Source: Dimorphilus gyrociliatus
Taxonomy: Eukaryota; Animalia; Annelida
Assembly (NCBI GenBank): GCA_904063045.1
Contig: CAJFCJ010000017.1
Span: 957,479 to 1,021,478 of the forward strand
DNA length: 64,000 nucleotides
Direction: 5' to 3'
In this document: one piece after another, positions 48,415 through 61,000 of the stretch
Layout of the letters: the number at the start of each line of letters is the position of its first letter
How positions within the stretch are numbered: position 1 is the stretch's first letter
Translations under genes and position numbers: made by a program
The notes under the pieces: model-generated
Seen by the model: the letters and a program-made list of their open reading frames with translations, nothing else
Databases searched by the model: none
Told to the model about the DNA's origin: nothing

Positions 48415-49130
48415 TTTTCATATTAAAGTATAAATATTTGTATATTGACTAATTGGTCGTTGCACCAAGCTAAAATTACCTACTATATTTCATAATTTGA
48501 AAAAGTTATATATTTTAAGATATAGCGCAAATACCTTAAGGAATACAGTTATACTATACAATATTTTAGAAATATAAAGATATTTAACTCTATCTATAAT
48601 CTTATTTATCGTATCCTTCTTTTTATTTATCTATCTTTTTAAAAATGATTTATATTAATCGACGTAGTAAAGGAAAAAACATATTTTTTTGTTTATTCAC
48701 ACTGCAAAAGCTTGAAACAAAAGTAAAAATTAACAACAGAAATAAAATAAAAAAAACAGTTGTGAGATTCAACAGATAATTTTCTTTGTCAAATTTGTGT
48801 TCTACAAATAAAAAACTAAGCCTATGTGTATGAGGGAATACGCTCTAACAGTTTAAACGATATTATTATAATATAACTTAGCGAAGCTGAAAAATATCTT
48901 GCTTCAGGAAAAAACATTGAATTGATCAATCAGCTTCCTAAAATATAACAATAAAAGAGTAAGAGCAAAAAAGCTGTAGTTTGTAGCTGGTTCTTATTAC
49001 ACAGTACATATGGCAGGTAAAGCGTTTGAGTTATTTTTTTTAAACAAAAAAAGAAACATTGAAAGGATTAAATAAATTACTTATTAATATAATTAACATA
49101 AGTTAAAAAGAAGATAAATGCAGAAAACTT

Positions 49131-50081
49131 TCAGTTTTGCATCGACCTATACACGTAACCAGTTTTAGAATCAGTATACAATTTTTCATTTGGCTGACAG
49201 ATGGCACTATTTGACGAGGAGTTGTGACAGGTGGCGCTTGAATCACTCTGCTTGAACGAGGGTCTTTTTTTCGACTCATCTTTTTTCCATTTCATACGCC
49301 TATTCTGTTTGAGAACAAAGGGTATTTATGACCCTACCTTTAAAGAGCATACATAACAGGTTTATTCGCTTAATTTGAGATATCTTTATTTCCTCATATA
49401 CTTTCCTCCCCAGAGGGAGTAGGGGGGAGGGGTGGTGGTTTATGAAGGAAAGAGGACATCAAAAAAATTATTCAAATGAAACGATAAATATTCAATTACT
49501 GGATCATAAAATAATAACAATAAATCAATTAAAAATTATCCACCTGAAACCAAATTTTAACGTTTCTATCCGTAAGACAGAGAGATGTAGCTAACTCTGC
49601 TCTACGAGTTCTCGAAATGTATTTGCTGAAGTGAAATTCTTTTTCCAATTCCAAAAGTTGAGCCCTGGTATACGCAGTCCTAGTTCTTTTCGATTCTTAG
49701 GTAATAAAGCATATTTAATTAATATATACTAACGTTACAAATTACAGACAGATGTATAATTTATTTAAATATTTAATCAACTGTCCCTCAATATAATGGG
49801 CACTGTGTACAGGAAAAAAAAGCACCTGGTTCTATTGAACTTCGACGAGTCAGAGTTCGAGGTCAGAGGTTAATGTTTATTCTTGTCTTGTAACAAGATA
49901 AATTTCAAGAAAAAATATATTCAAGAAACTTACCAGGGGTCCAGTCGTTCTTTTGAGACTTCGAGCATTTCATCCAAGGATAAGGTGGTTCGTGCATGCA
50001 AGGGCTATAAACGTAATCATAAGAACAATTGGGGTAGTCTTCTGGATAATAGGAGACTGCATTCATATAGTTGTTCTCCAT
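49131..50081 (-). CDS. PDX1: Xlox/Pdx ParaHox homeobox gene, 3 exons, about 157 aa
   Basis: Exon 1 (50081-49934) has the hexapeptide [10 protein letters not shown]. Exon 2 (49695-49544) reads [51 protein letters not shown]. Exon 3 (49304-49131) reads [32 protein letters not shown] and KYISR are Pdx-diagnostic; all joins are GT-AG and in phase. Confidence 0.92.
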
Positions 50082-53000
50082 TGTATGCAACTGACGCTAT
50101 CCTTATCAGAGAAGTCACGTGATAAATATTCTAATCTCCCCAAGTTAGTTACAAAATTCGGGCGATCATTCTTAAACGATAAGGAGCGGACGTTGTCAAA
50201 GGTTCCTTTATTGACAGACATGTGGCTAGTTTAGATTATATTGTTAAAACATTGAATGATACAGAAAAAAAGCCAAAGCATATGCTAGGTAGTAAACAAT
50301 TATGCGATAAAACATACTAATTAATAATGATTGTTTATAAAAGTTCGAAATATTATCATAATGCAAATATTAAAGAAGAAAAATTACTTAAGAAAATATT
50401 ATTCCAAGATAATACTCTAATTCTTCTTCTTCTCCTTTTCTTCTATTTCTTTTTATTTTCCTCCAATCGTATTGCTGCCGAACAGGATACTGAAGGAAAA
50501 AAGAGTAATAAAACAGGGGAGACAGGCCGACTGCAAAAGAGGCGTCAAACAGCGTAATTAATGAGACAATTTGTGCTTTTCGGTGACGCGTGGAATGTTA
50601 TTATTGTTATAAAGACAAAAAATAACATTTAACTTTTAATTTGATTTGATTAATGGATGAAAATTAATTTATATTTATTTAAAGCTTCATATCTTTCTCC
50701 TCCTTTTTACCTATTTTCGTTAATTCAAATTCTCAATTTCAATTTACTATTGGTAAGAATAGCGAAGAACAGAGAGAGAGAGAGAGTGAAGGGGTGGCAA
50801 AAGATAGGATAATATAAAATTCTACTAAATAAACAAGATGTTTTTAATGAATTAATACATTATCAGCAAAAAATTTCAATGGGAAAGTTTGTTTTTACAC
50901 CTTGCGATTTTTTTTCTCACTGCTGTTTAAGCAAAGGAAAAAATGAACATTTCTCTCATTTATTTCGTTATAAAAACTATATGAAATGTTTGAATGAGTA
51001 TTTTGCTGTATATTCTTTCGGTTTAAACAGAAAGCGCAGCTGAATAAGAGCGTATCGCCCATTCAAAAGTAGTTGTTTGAATAGGCGACACTGGAGCAGA
51101 GTGGGCGTGGCTAGGCTGTCTGTCCCCCCAGCGGGGCGCCCTCTACACCACTCAGCGCGGTCAGCGTTGACCACATGTACCGCTGTTAATGAGCTGTCTT
51201 AATTAGTAGTTTTAACAGTTTAGGGTGAAATGTCCTTTAGGGCGTCGAGTATCGGCTTTGATGTTTTTAAATACAAAGTAGCTATTATCTTGTTTATTCG
51301 TGCACGCCGCTTTACGATTCATTATTCGCGCCTTTTCACTGTTTATTTTCAGTTCAATTCACTATCCCCTGGGCGTTTTAAAGCCTTCTCATCAACAAGA
51401 CGTCTGTAGCACGCGTGCCTTAACGATTACAAAATCTCCTAAACTTTCGATAATTCTTAAATCTGTTATTAAAGGAGTTTTCGCTTACTATTTCATTTGA
51501 ATGAAAGAAAGTGAAAGTTTCTCAGAAAACGATACTCCAACTGTTAGAATCGAAACAGTTGATGAGTCTATATTTAGTTACAAGTAATTGAGTTGAATCA
51601 ATTGGATCGTGGGTAATGGTATACAGCGACTTTACGTAAGTTTCTTGTATAATGTACTCTGCAGGTAAAGCATTAATTAAGGAATTAGCCCCGACGAAAA
51701 AAGTGTCACTTATGCAATTATGATGCAACTTCCTCGAAGAAAGTTAGGCGCGTGCGAGCGTCTAGAATGACTCCGTCAGTGACGCCATATTGCACGCTCA
51801 ATAAAGCGTTAAAACGACTCGAACGTTCTCTCCCGTCTGCCAGAATCAGTGCTGACATTAAATGTCAGTATTAAGTGGCGCCGATGCACCAACGCCATTC
51901 AATCTGTTCACGAATAATGTTTTTTTTCTACTTCTCGCTTTCGCAGGAATAGAAGTTGGGAGGGGCAAAGAAAGTAAAGCTACGTTTCTTTTTCCGTTTA
52001 CTTTTTCTTTCTTAATCTAAAATGTTTCAGTCAGTAATGCAAGAAGCTACCAACTTTGAGTGGAAGAAGACGAGTGGGCAGGTGTTTCATCGGCATTCCG
52101 ACACGCCGAGAAAAGATCCGTTACGTCACGAGTTTGTTTGATTTCTTTTCAAAAGAACCTTCGTGATCGCTGGTCGTTTAGAATAATTATCGAGTTTTTG
52201 GGGCGTCTTCGTAGATGGGAAAATAGCATCGTCAGAACTTGCCGCTGCTCCTTTCTTATTAAGCTAAAAAAGGCAATAGATAAAGTAAAAGTGTTAGAAT
52301 AATTTTAAGTTTGTGTAAATCAGATAGACAAGAAAGAAGACCATATTTAACGCTGTGTTTAAATCGCCAACGGCTTTTCTTCTCGTCAAAATGGGGGGCA
52401 GCGTTTTTCCTATGACGCTCGCGTGGATTCATACAAATTGGCAATTAGTTTACTGCAGGTGTCCGTCTGTGACGCTGCAGTATATGCTTAAACAATACCG
52501 GTTGACCTTCTTTTCGGAATGTCATCTGTTTGGAAACTTTTGGAATTTTTTCCATTTAACTATAAATAAAAGTTGAAAAAGATTTACAAATTCTTACGTT
52601 AAACGATTTCTTTCTTGCCCTTTTTCATCAAATAAATGCTACCCTTTTCATTTTGACTGATAGTCCATCAACATACTTGTTTAGCTATTTGCTGAACAAT
52701 TAGAACAGTTTATAAGAATTTTTAATTTGGTAAAAATTGAAAATTTAATATAATAGCATTGCGTGCACTGAATATACAAGTACAATGCCACTATTCAGTT
52801 TATTTAATGTATATAAATAGTAATCCAAGTTATTTTGCTTTTCAATCTAATCAAACATTGATCCGATATTGTCAAGAAAACATTTTTTAATATAAATATA
52901 TTGTCATGTCGAATGTAAATGTTATCTTTTATATTTTAATACCTAGAGGAACGTCGAAATATCAAATATCATTGAGATTGGCGTTCTATGATGACGGTAG

Positions 53001-54188
53001 CGATAAGAGCAGCGTCCCAACCGCCTCTTCCCAGCTCTGTAAGCATCTTCGATGACGTCTAATTGAAAGCTTGAAATATAGCGAAGGTTATAATTTTATC
53101 TAGCCAGATTCTCTACAATACGTTATATACTTCTGTTTTCACATCAAAAGAACGCCGACATATGTGAAAACTGCAGGATGCTAACTGCTTCTATTTCTCT
53201 CGATCCATTTAGATTATCGAATTCATTCTTTGTTCGAAGCGTGTTAGCTAAAAATGCGCTAATTTCGTTCGAAAATTCATTACGTGTAATTTATAGAATA
53301 TAGCATTTTTTACAGACCAACAATTGCCTAAGGGTTCCTCATAAAAACTGTGTACGGGTTAGGACGACAAAAGACTAACTTTGACAGCGCCACACACCTG
53401 GCGCTTCATAACAAGATTAAGTTTATCTATCCAAAAACGACCGCCTTGTAATAATGAGGCGGTAGATATTCTAATCGATCCCAAGTGCCCTGTTTAGTTT
53501 CGCCTTAGAGATTTCTTCCGGATGATGGACATGCGGTTCGATTTATTACAATCAACTGACCCGTGACTTGTTTGTGTGTATACAGTCATGTCAGTTACGA
53601 ACCCTTGGTGGGCTATTTAAGGTTTATTTATAAAACTTCAGCTTGAACGTTTCACTTGCACATTCAAAAAAGAAAAAGAAGGTCAAATTTAAATGGAAAA
53701 ATGTATAACAATTATACATATTTATTAATATAAACTTACAAACACATTATTATAAATGAAGTGTTATACTGTATATTAACTTAAAATAATACATTATTAA
53801 CTGTTATAGATTCAGGTCAAAATTAAGTTGCAAGTAGAAAATTAAACTGTGTTTAATTTATCAAGTCAGCATCATAATGTATTCTTTCCTTGAAAGTTGG
53901 CTTAATATGCAAAAAGTAATAAATTGTAGAAAAGTCTGTCATAGTATAAATATTTATATTGAATATTAGATGCATAAATAATACATAAAGTATGTTCCGT
54001 ATACATGCATAGAAGTAAAAATATATACACTATTGACGCTGTTTATACACATATACACGCAAGAGTGTAAAATGGGAAATGAGTGGAAACAGAGAGATAG
54101 AGGATAGCAAAATAATTTTCTATACATTATAATAAAATACAGAAGACGGCACATTATGAAAAGTCATTTATTGACTATTCCTCATTTT

Positions 54189-54905
54189 TTAGTCAACAGA
54201 TAATTCCATCGACGATGCTATATCATCCTCTTCTTCGGAACTTTTTTCAATAATTGATGAACTATCGGCTGCTCTCATTTCACCGTCTTCCTTCTTCTTT
54301 GAACTACAAGTCCTTAATAAGCAGCATCGGCATTTATTCTTCTCATTTCCAACTTCTTCTTTCTTATACTTTACTCTTCTATTTTGGAACCATATTTTCA
54401 CTTGTTTTTCACTTAAATTTAGATATGTTGCAATTTCTATTCTTCGCAAACGAGATAGGTACATATTCGAAGAAAATTCTCTCTCGAGTTCGAGTAATTG
54501 AGTCGATGTAAATGCTGTTCTCATTCTCTTAGAGCTTGGAAGATCATCAGCAGGTCCGTGTACAGAGGACGGAGGTGACACGGAAGGAGCTAGTTTTTTA
54601 GGAGGAGAAAAAAAACCTACTTAATAGAATCTCATGTACAAAGTATAAAGCAATATATGCTTACCATTTCTAGGACGGTTTGTATGTCTGACCAAAGCTC
54701 CAGGAAACTGTGAAGCTAGAGGGTTGAATTGAATTGCTGAACAGGACGTGCAGCACATTCCGCTTAATCCTTGCTGATGGCCTCTTGCTGCACATTGAAG
54801 GCTAGCCATAGCTTGCGACAAACCCAGATTAGGGGTGGCCGGCCGACTAGATAAAGTAGTTGGCTGTTTGAGAATTAACGAATCGACATAAAACGAACGA
54901 GACAT
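54189..54905 (-). CDS. GSX: Gsx (GS homeobox) ParaHox gene, 2 exons, about 222 aa
   Basis: N-terminal [11 protein letters not shown]; homeodomain [58 protein letters not shown]; 48-nt intron 54664-54617. Confidence 0.96.
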
Positions 54906-57161
54906 TGTTGGCTAGTCGTTGTCGAGTCAACTTTTTGCTCATAATCTTTTCGAAAAGAGACGAACACAAGTTTATAATGAGTTATTCACTTTTCACTATT
55001 TTGTGATTGGTTGTATGAATTTCGGGCTGTCCAATCAGCTTCGCGTATGTAAATAAGCTTTGTTTAGGGGGATATTTGTTGTTCTTTGTGTAATTTTTAA
55101 TTAGGGTTCGTTATGGGATTTAATTAAGGGTGATAAAAGGATGAAAGAAGAGGGACTGGTGTATGATTTTTATTAGGAGAGAGCTTTAGGACATTCTAGA
55201 CGAAAAGTGTTAAAAACTTTATAAATCTTATCAAGATTTATCTCAATCGTCTTTTATTACCTTACTGGGTTTTCTTGCATTCTTCAATTTAACACCCTCG
55301 GCAGTCTTAACATTCGCATATGTCGACCCGAATTAAGGTCATCTTCTAGAAAATTATTAATCTTATTATGTCTACAAAGATAGCAATTAATTTCACTAAT
55401 ATGACACGTCTCCAGCAGTCAAGTAAGTTTTTCTTGCGCATTCCACTAGATGACCTTTCCGTGTTAAAAGAGATAGCCATCTATCGTATTAAATTTAGTT
55501 ACGACGCCACCTGCCGTCAATACGATTATCGGTACCATAGAGAAAAATACCTTTTTAATCATTACTGTACTTTTGTATTGCGCACAAAGTACTCGAAACA
55601 AATTGAACACGTGTTAAATTTATTCAAGCGTTAGTTCGTTGTACGCTAATCAACCTAATTTATCCTACCTTGCCTAGCGTGCTTCAACGCTTGACCTTCG
55701 CATTGACGTCTTAATCTGAGGGGAAGGAAGTTTTCCCTACTTTTCTTTCTCTTTTTCCTTAGACTTGAAGTTGTATTTCAACTTATCAATACTTCTTTCA
55801 TTGTTTGCAATAGAGTACAAAAAAAGCTAATAAAAAAACAAAATCTATTCATCTTTGTTGAAATTTCTAAGTTTTTTCCTATATACATAGTTAGAGATTA
55901 TATACTATCCCCTCTTTTGTACATATTAATAATCTATCTATCGATAACTTGAAACTATTTGAAAAATTTGTTCATTTTGTTCTCTTAAATCGAGATAAGT
56001 GCATAATAAATAAGATCACACGCTTTCGTGTTTGCGCAAATATTATCATTATGGCACGAAATATGCAAACAGTTTCTATTGGCAGACTTTATCGAATGAA
56101 ATTTTTATGCTATGTTAACGGGCTCAACAAAAAAAAACAATTACATAAGAGACTTTTTAATAAAGCTTTAAACGTTTAGATTAAGCTCTATGTGATAGAA
56201 GGAGGCATATATTAATAAAAAAAGGATTTCTGTTGAAGAGAATAACCTATGAAATAATAAAAAGTGAGAAATTTTTACATAATAAAACTTATAAATATTG
56301 TTCCTTTCTATTAGTATATTTATTAATAAACTTGAATATTTTATGGCAGAATGAATACATTAAATTTGAATTTATTAATATGAAAAGCTATATTTTTTGC
56401 TGTTATATAGAAAAAGACTTTACTGAAAAACAACTTAAAACTTTAAAGAATAAAAATAAATGCTTCTTGTTTTGTTATTTATCTACCTAAACACAAAAGT
56501 TTGGGTAGAGTTTATAAAGATTTCATGCGGGAGCTTGAATAGTATAGTTAAAAGGTAATTACGGTCATAAAATGCCGTAATAAATTCCTCTCCAGTCAAC
56601 GTTAGCCCGTAAATTTGTGTGTACTATTCAAAACGAAATATTCAATAAACTCAACATTGGTAATCTTAAAATAACTTAATTAATTTCTATGATAATTGAG
56701 TAATTTTCTCCTTTAAGTAAATTATGCTAATGGTGTATAATAAAAGATAAGGTTGACAAAATATACGATAGATGGCGTGATTTAATGTTTTAATTTTCTT
56801 TTCTTGCTTTCTTTCGCTTCACGACAATGACGCAAAGGTATTAGAAAGGATGTGTTGAATTGAGGGAAAACATATTTAGGTTAAAGGTTATACTTCTTAT
56901 GTAAATGTTAGTCTCTTACGAGAAAAGGCTTCGTTATTTTTTAATGAGGAGAGAAGAGAGGGCTTTACAGATTGTTTAGTCCTACAGTGAGTAACACTCG
57001 AACCAACCCTTAAAACTGTACAAGAGCATTTTATGACTTAAATGACCATTTAAATTTCACACATCATCACGAGCATGCTAAAGATTATTACATAATATCC
57101 ATTTACAACAATTGTTGTATTCTTTTTCTTTTATAAAGGCTAAATGCTAAAGCAGGTGTAT

Positions 57162-58043
57162 TCATTGTAGCAGTCCGTACATGATTTCAGCACTATGCCT
57201 ATCTTTTAAACGCTTGCCTCTCTTATGGCTAATAGAGGAGGGAAGTGAATAATATGAACTACTCAATCTGCTACTTGTCGTCGAACTTAAACTTCTCGTT
57301 TCTTCCGAACTCCAGCCGGAATCATGACTGTCCGTGTCAATAAGAACGATTTTATTGCCATCACAATCTGATTTAGATGAAGGTAGTAGAGGTAGAACGA
57401 ATCCAGTGTTCAAATAGAATGAGACCGATAAGTAAGGTAGATTGTATAAAACGACAGCTGGATGGCATTGCTTGATAGCGATCTGCAGATAGGGAGTGAT
57501 ATTGAACAGGCAAAAATCTGATTTGATGCAATCTCCTTCCTTTCCCGTTAATAGTCTATAAACATGTACGCTTTCTGGAAAATTTTTTGTGAAAATAACC
57601 AATCTTAGACGTTCGAGGGAACTTTCTTCTACCGGAGATATTGAACAGCAAGGCAGGTGGTTGTTAAGTGTGTAAAATTTTTGTTGACCAATTCTTATTG
57701 TTCCTTTAGAGTCAGTTCTTTCTATTTTGTGGTGAAACATCCAAGGTTCTGTATTGAGAATCTTCTCTGCTTTTTTAAAAGATGATCTCTCCTTTAACAA
57801 GACAGTTATAGCTAGAGAAGGAACCCTAATTTCATCCCAAAAGTCACGGTGATCAATTTTTTCGAAGTAGTTATCGTCTGAAGATTGAAAGAAGTTTGGC
57901 AAATCTTTCGGTAATATCCTTTTTAGATTTCTCATAAAAAACTCATATAAACTTTCATTAATGTTCACATGAACATTACAGTTGCTTGTTTGCATCCTTA
58001 AGCCGGACTGAATTGACTCCCCAAAGTCACTCACTAACGCCAC
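57162..58043 (-). CDS. FAM124: FAM124-like protein, intronless over the ORF (first ATG at 57995)
   Basis: PWMFHHKIE, QKFYTLNNHLP, LRLVIF..VHVYRLL..KSDFCLF..LQIAIKQ, LPLLP..DCDGNKIVL match FAM124A/B motifs as recalled. Confidence 0.75.
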   Translation of the reverse strand: MALVSDFGESIQSGLRMQTSNCNVHVNINESLYEFFMRNLKRILPKDLPNFFQSSDDNYFEKIDHRDFWDEIRVPSLAITVLLKERSSFKKAEKILNTEPWMFHHKIERTDSKGTIRIGQQKFYTLNNHLPCCSISPVEESSLERLRLVIFTKNFPESVHVYRLLTGKEGDCIKSDFCLFNITPYLQIAIKQCHPAVVLYNLPYLSVSFYLNTGFVLPLLPSSKSDCDGNKIVLIDTDSHDSGWSSEETRSLSSTTSSRLSSSYYSLPSSISHKRGKRLKDRHSAEIMYGLLQ

Positions 58044-61000
58044 CTATCCAGCGTCCGGATTTTAAGTCGGTAGGTAAAATAGCGCAACAAACTGTTTCGG
58101 ATCAATGCCTCGGTTACAATAACTATGAATTATTTCAGCGCCTTTCGCACCGATCGCAGTTCGAATATAAAAAGACCTTTTTCTGACAAATCACATGATT
58201 AATCGGTTCTTTAAGCTGCTAGTCATTTATTGAATGGAACGAAATGTCCATAATTTATAACTTATTATTTTACCATAAATCTTCTCTACCTGTAACATTT
58301 ACTTATTTGTTCATACAATTTTATACAAATATATGAACATTTATTTTTCTATAATTTTCATACCTTTTTCGCAGAATGCTTATTTATGTGAAAGAGATAT
58401 CTATTCAGCTCATCAATTTATCTTCTTAATAGTCAGGAAAAGACAGTTTCGTCGCCTTTCGCTGTGGGTAATTTAAAAGCCATTATTAAATGATTTTTCT
58501 TCTCTCTTTCTCAACTTTTGCATATTTACGATTGAGAAAAGGAAAAATTTTTTTTTAACATCGATACAATAGTATCTTTATTTCTATTTTCACCCTTCTT
58601 TTTATAGTTCTATTCTCTTCCCTTTCTTCTCCTCTTCCCGTCTTCTCTTTATGTATTATATGATATTCTTTACGATCTCAAAACATTTTTTCCCAAAGTT
58701 AAATAGACTAATTAACTTGAATAAATAAGGATAAAAAATAGTCTTTTATCCTATTTCAAAACTTACATAAGAAGAACAAAGTTCAAGATAGAAGTTTATT
58801 TATTTTATAGACAAATTAATATAAAAAGTATAAAGTACCATTTTCTCTTCGATTTTTTCTGTTTAATTATCATTTACACAAAAAAAATAAAAGAAAAGAA
58901 GTCAAATTAATAGATAAATCGTTTATTGTTAACCTATTATGGGTCAAAAAATTAACAATGAGTCTCTTCAATATTTGTGACAAATAAGAATACACTGGCC
59001 AGTTCACAATAAACACCGCTATGGACAAAAAATTTTGATTTTTTATATAAATTTGACAATTATGCAATTATCTAATATAAATATAGCGCATTGTTGTTAA
59101 AGATAAACTTGGTCGCTATTTAGATCATATAAAATCATAATTTTTTCTGTGAATAGAAAAAAATAAATTCGTTTAAACCGTCACTGACCTTTTTTGTGAT
59201 AAGAAACGGTAAATAAAGAAAATTTTAACAACCTGCCGAAAGAGGGGAGAATGCTTTGATTCTGTTTCTTTTTACATCTTTTAGCTACTTGTTTAACGTC
59301 GGTAAAGACGTAAAGTAAACAAGAATAAATGTTGTATATTGATTTTAACTCTAATATCGCTACATTTGAAAACTTTAATGAGCTTAAAATAGTAGAAAAT
59401 CCCTATTCCATCGAATGCAGGCAAATTTCGATGTTGGCAGTTGAGGTATAAGTTTCATAAGGTATATAAAAGCTTACTGCTTCACTTCTATACATAGAAG
59501 ATAAATATAGTCTTTTCTCACGTATAGTGTAAATTCTATTTCTTTTTAAAATCGACACCGCCAAATGTAAACTCAACCTTTGACCTGAGGAAATCATCGA
59601 ACCGTCTGCCGTGGGCTAGATGGCAATCGTTGTGATTGGCCTCTTTTTGAATCCTTTTGATGTTCGACCGGCTTCTTTTGAAAAGACGTGTTATTCTCAG
59701 ACCATTGGTTCTTTATTGAACCAAAAAATGCTAGTCTTTTCTATTCTCTCTCTCTCTCTCTTTCTGTTTTTCTCTCCCTCTCATGCTCTCTCTGCCTGTC
59801 AGTCTTTCCCAGTCATTTCTTCATTATTTAACACTTTTAACGGCTATTTATTACTTATTTGTAAAATTATTTTCTTTCAAATGTCTAATCATTACATCAT
59901 TAAAAGATGACTTTTCTCTTTTGATAAAGACATACAGAGTCAATTAAAGCCAGAGTGTTTTATGTGAGGCGAGAGGGGGAGCGAGTAATTAATTGAGTTT
60001 TAGATTTTGAGTAGGATATTAATTGGCTTAAGTTACTGTGTGGGAGGCTGTGTGGGTGGAGATATATTCGTTCTTAAGAAATAAAATAACAAGAAATAAA
60101 GAAATGTTCACGCCATCTCACAAAGATAAAAATAATGAAAGGGATAGAAAAAAAGGAAAAATAAATATTTATTCAATTTAGGTTTATGTCAAGAGTTTGA
60201 TTAAAATACATTTGTAGTAGTACAATATTTTTTTTATGATTTTTTTAAGACTCCCTACCAACACCCCCTTTGGTTTTGTGTATTGTTGTGTTTTAGCCCG
60301 TGTCAATCGCTTTGATTAACGAGTAGGGGTATATATTCCTTTATTACCCTTTTTTTTTATCTATTGACTGATTTGTTTTGACAAGTCTAATTTTCTCATT
60401 TCTTTTAAACGGTTTAGTTGACGTCTAGGATTTATTATCATTTTGTGAAAAGCGTTCATCTAATTAGATCAGTAGGCCGAAAATTTGAAAAACGAGAAAT
60501 TCATAGTATTTTAAAAATTTTTTCTTATTTTAATAGACCTTTCAATGCATTAATACATATGTATGACTTTTACTTACAAATAATAAAAGAAACTAATTAA
60601 TTCGCGATTACTTTCAATCTGTTGTTCAGTAGTTGTGAACTAATCCTAAAGTTTCAAAGGAACAAACCAGATGGCGCATCAATAGGAACAAATGCCTCTC
60701 GCTTTCCCACTTGCCCTCACGCCACATCGTTTTAGAAAGGAAAGGAAGTTTCGCCATCTATATTTTAATGATGAAATTAAAATATAGTAATCCTCTTTTC
60801 CCCTTTTATTTGCCTAACTTTGTAACTTAATAATAATTTTATTCGTGAGTATTACAAATTTGATCTAAGATTGAAGTATAGAAAAAATAAGTAAATAACT
60901 AGACGATATCTCGTGTTTCTTTGCCTGCCATAATCGATACGGTAGGGATTAGTTTTGGGTTAAGCACTCCAAGTCCTTTCCTTTCTCCTGTAAGACGGAA

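Noticed and set aside
42400-49100. Search for Cdx on the plus strand beyond Xlox, and also at 55000-64000
   Set aside because: No KYRVVY, RLELEKEF or YITIRRK-encoding sequence found by eye; a very fragmented copy cannot be fully excluded without tBLASTn.
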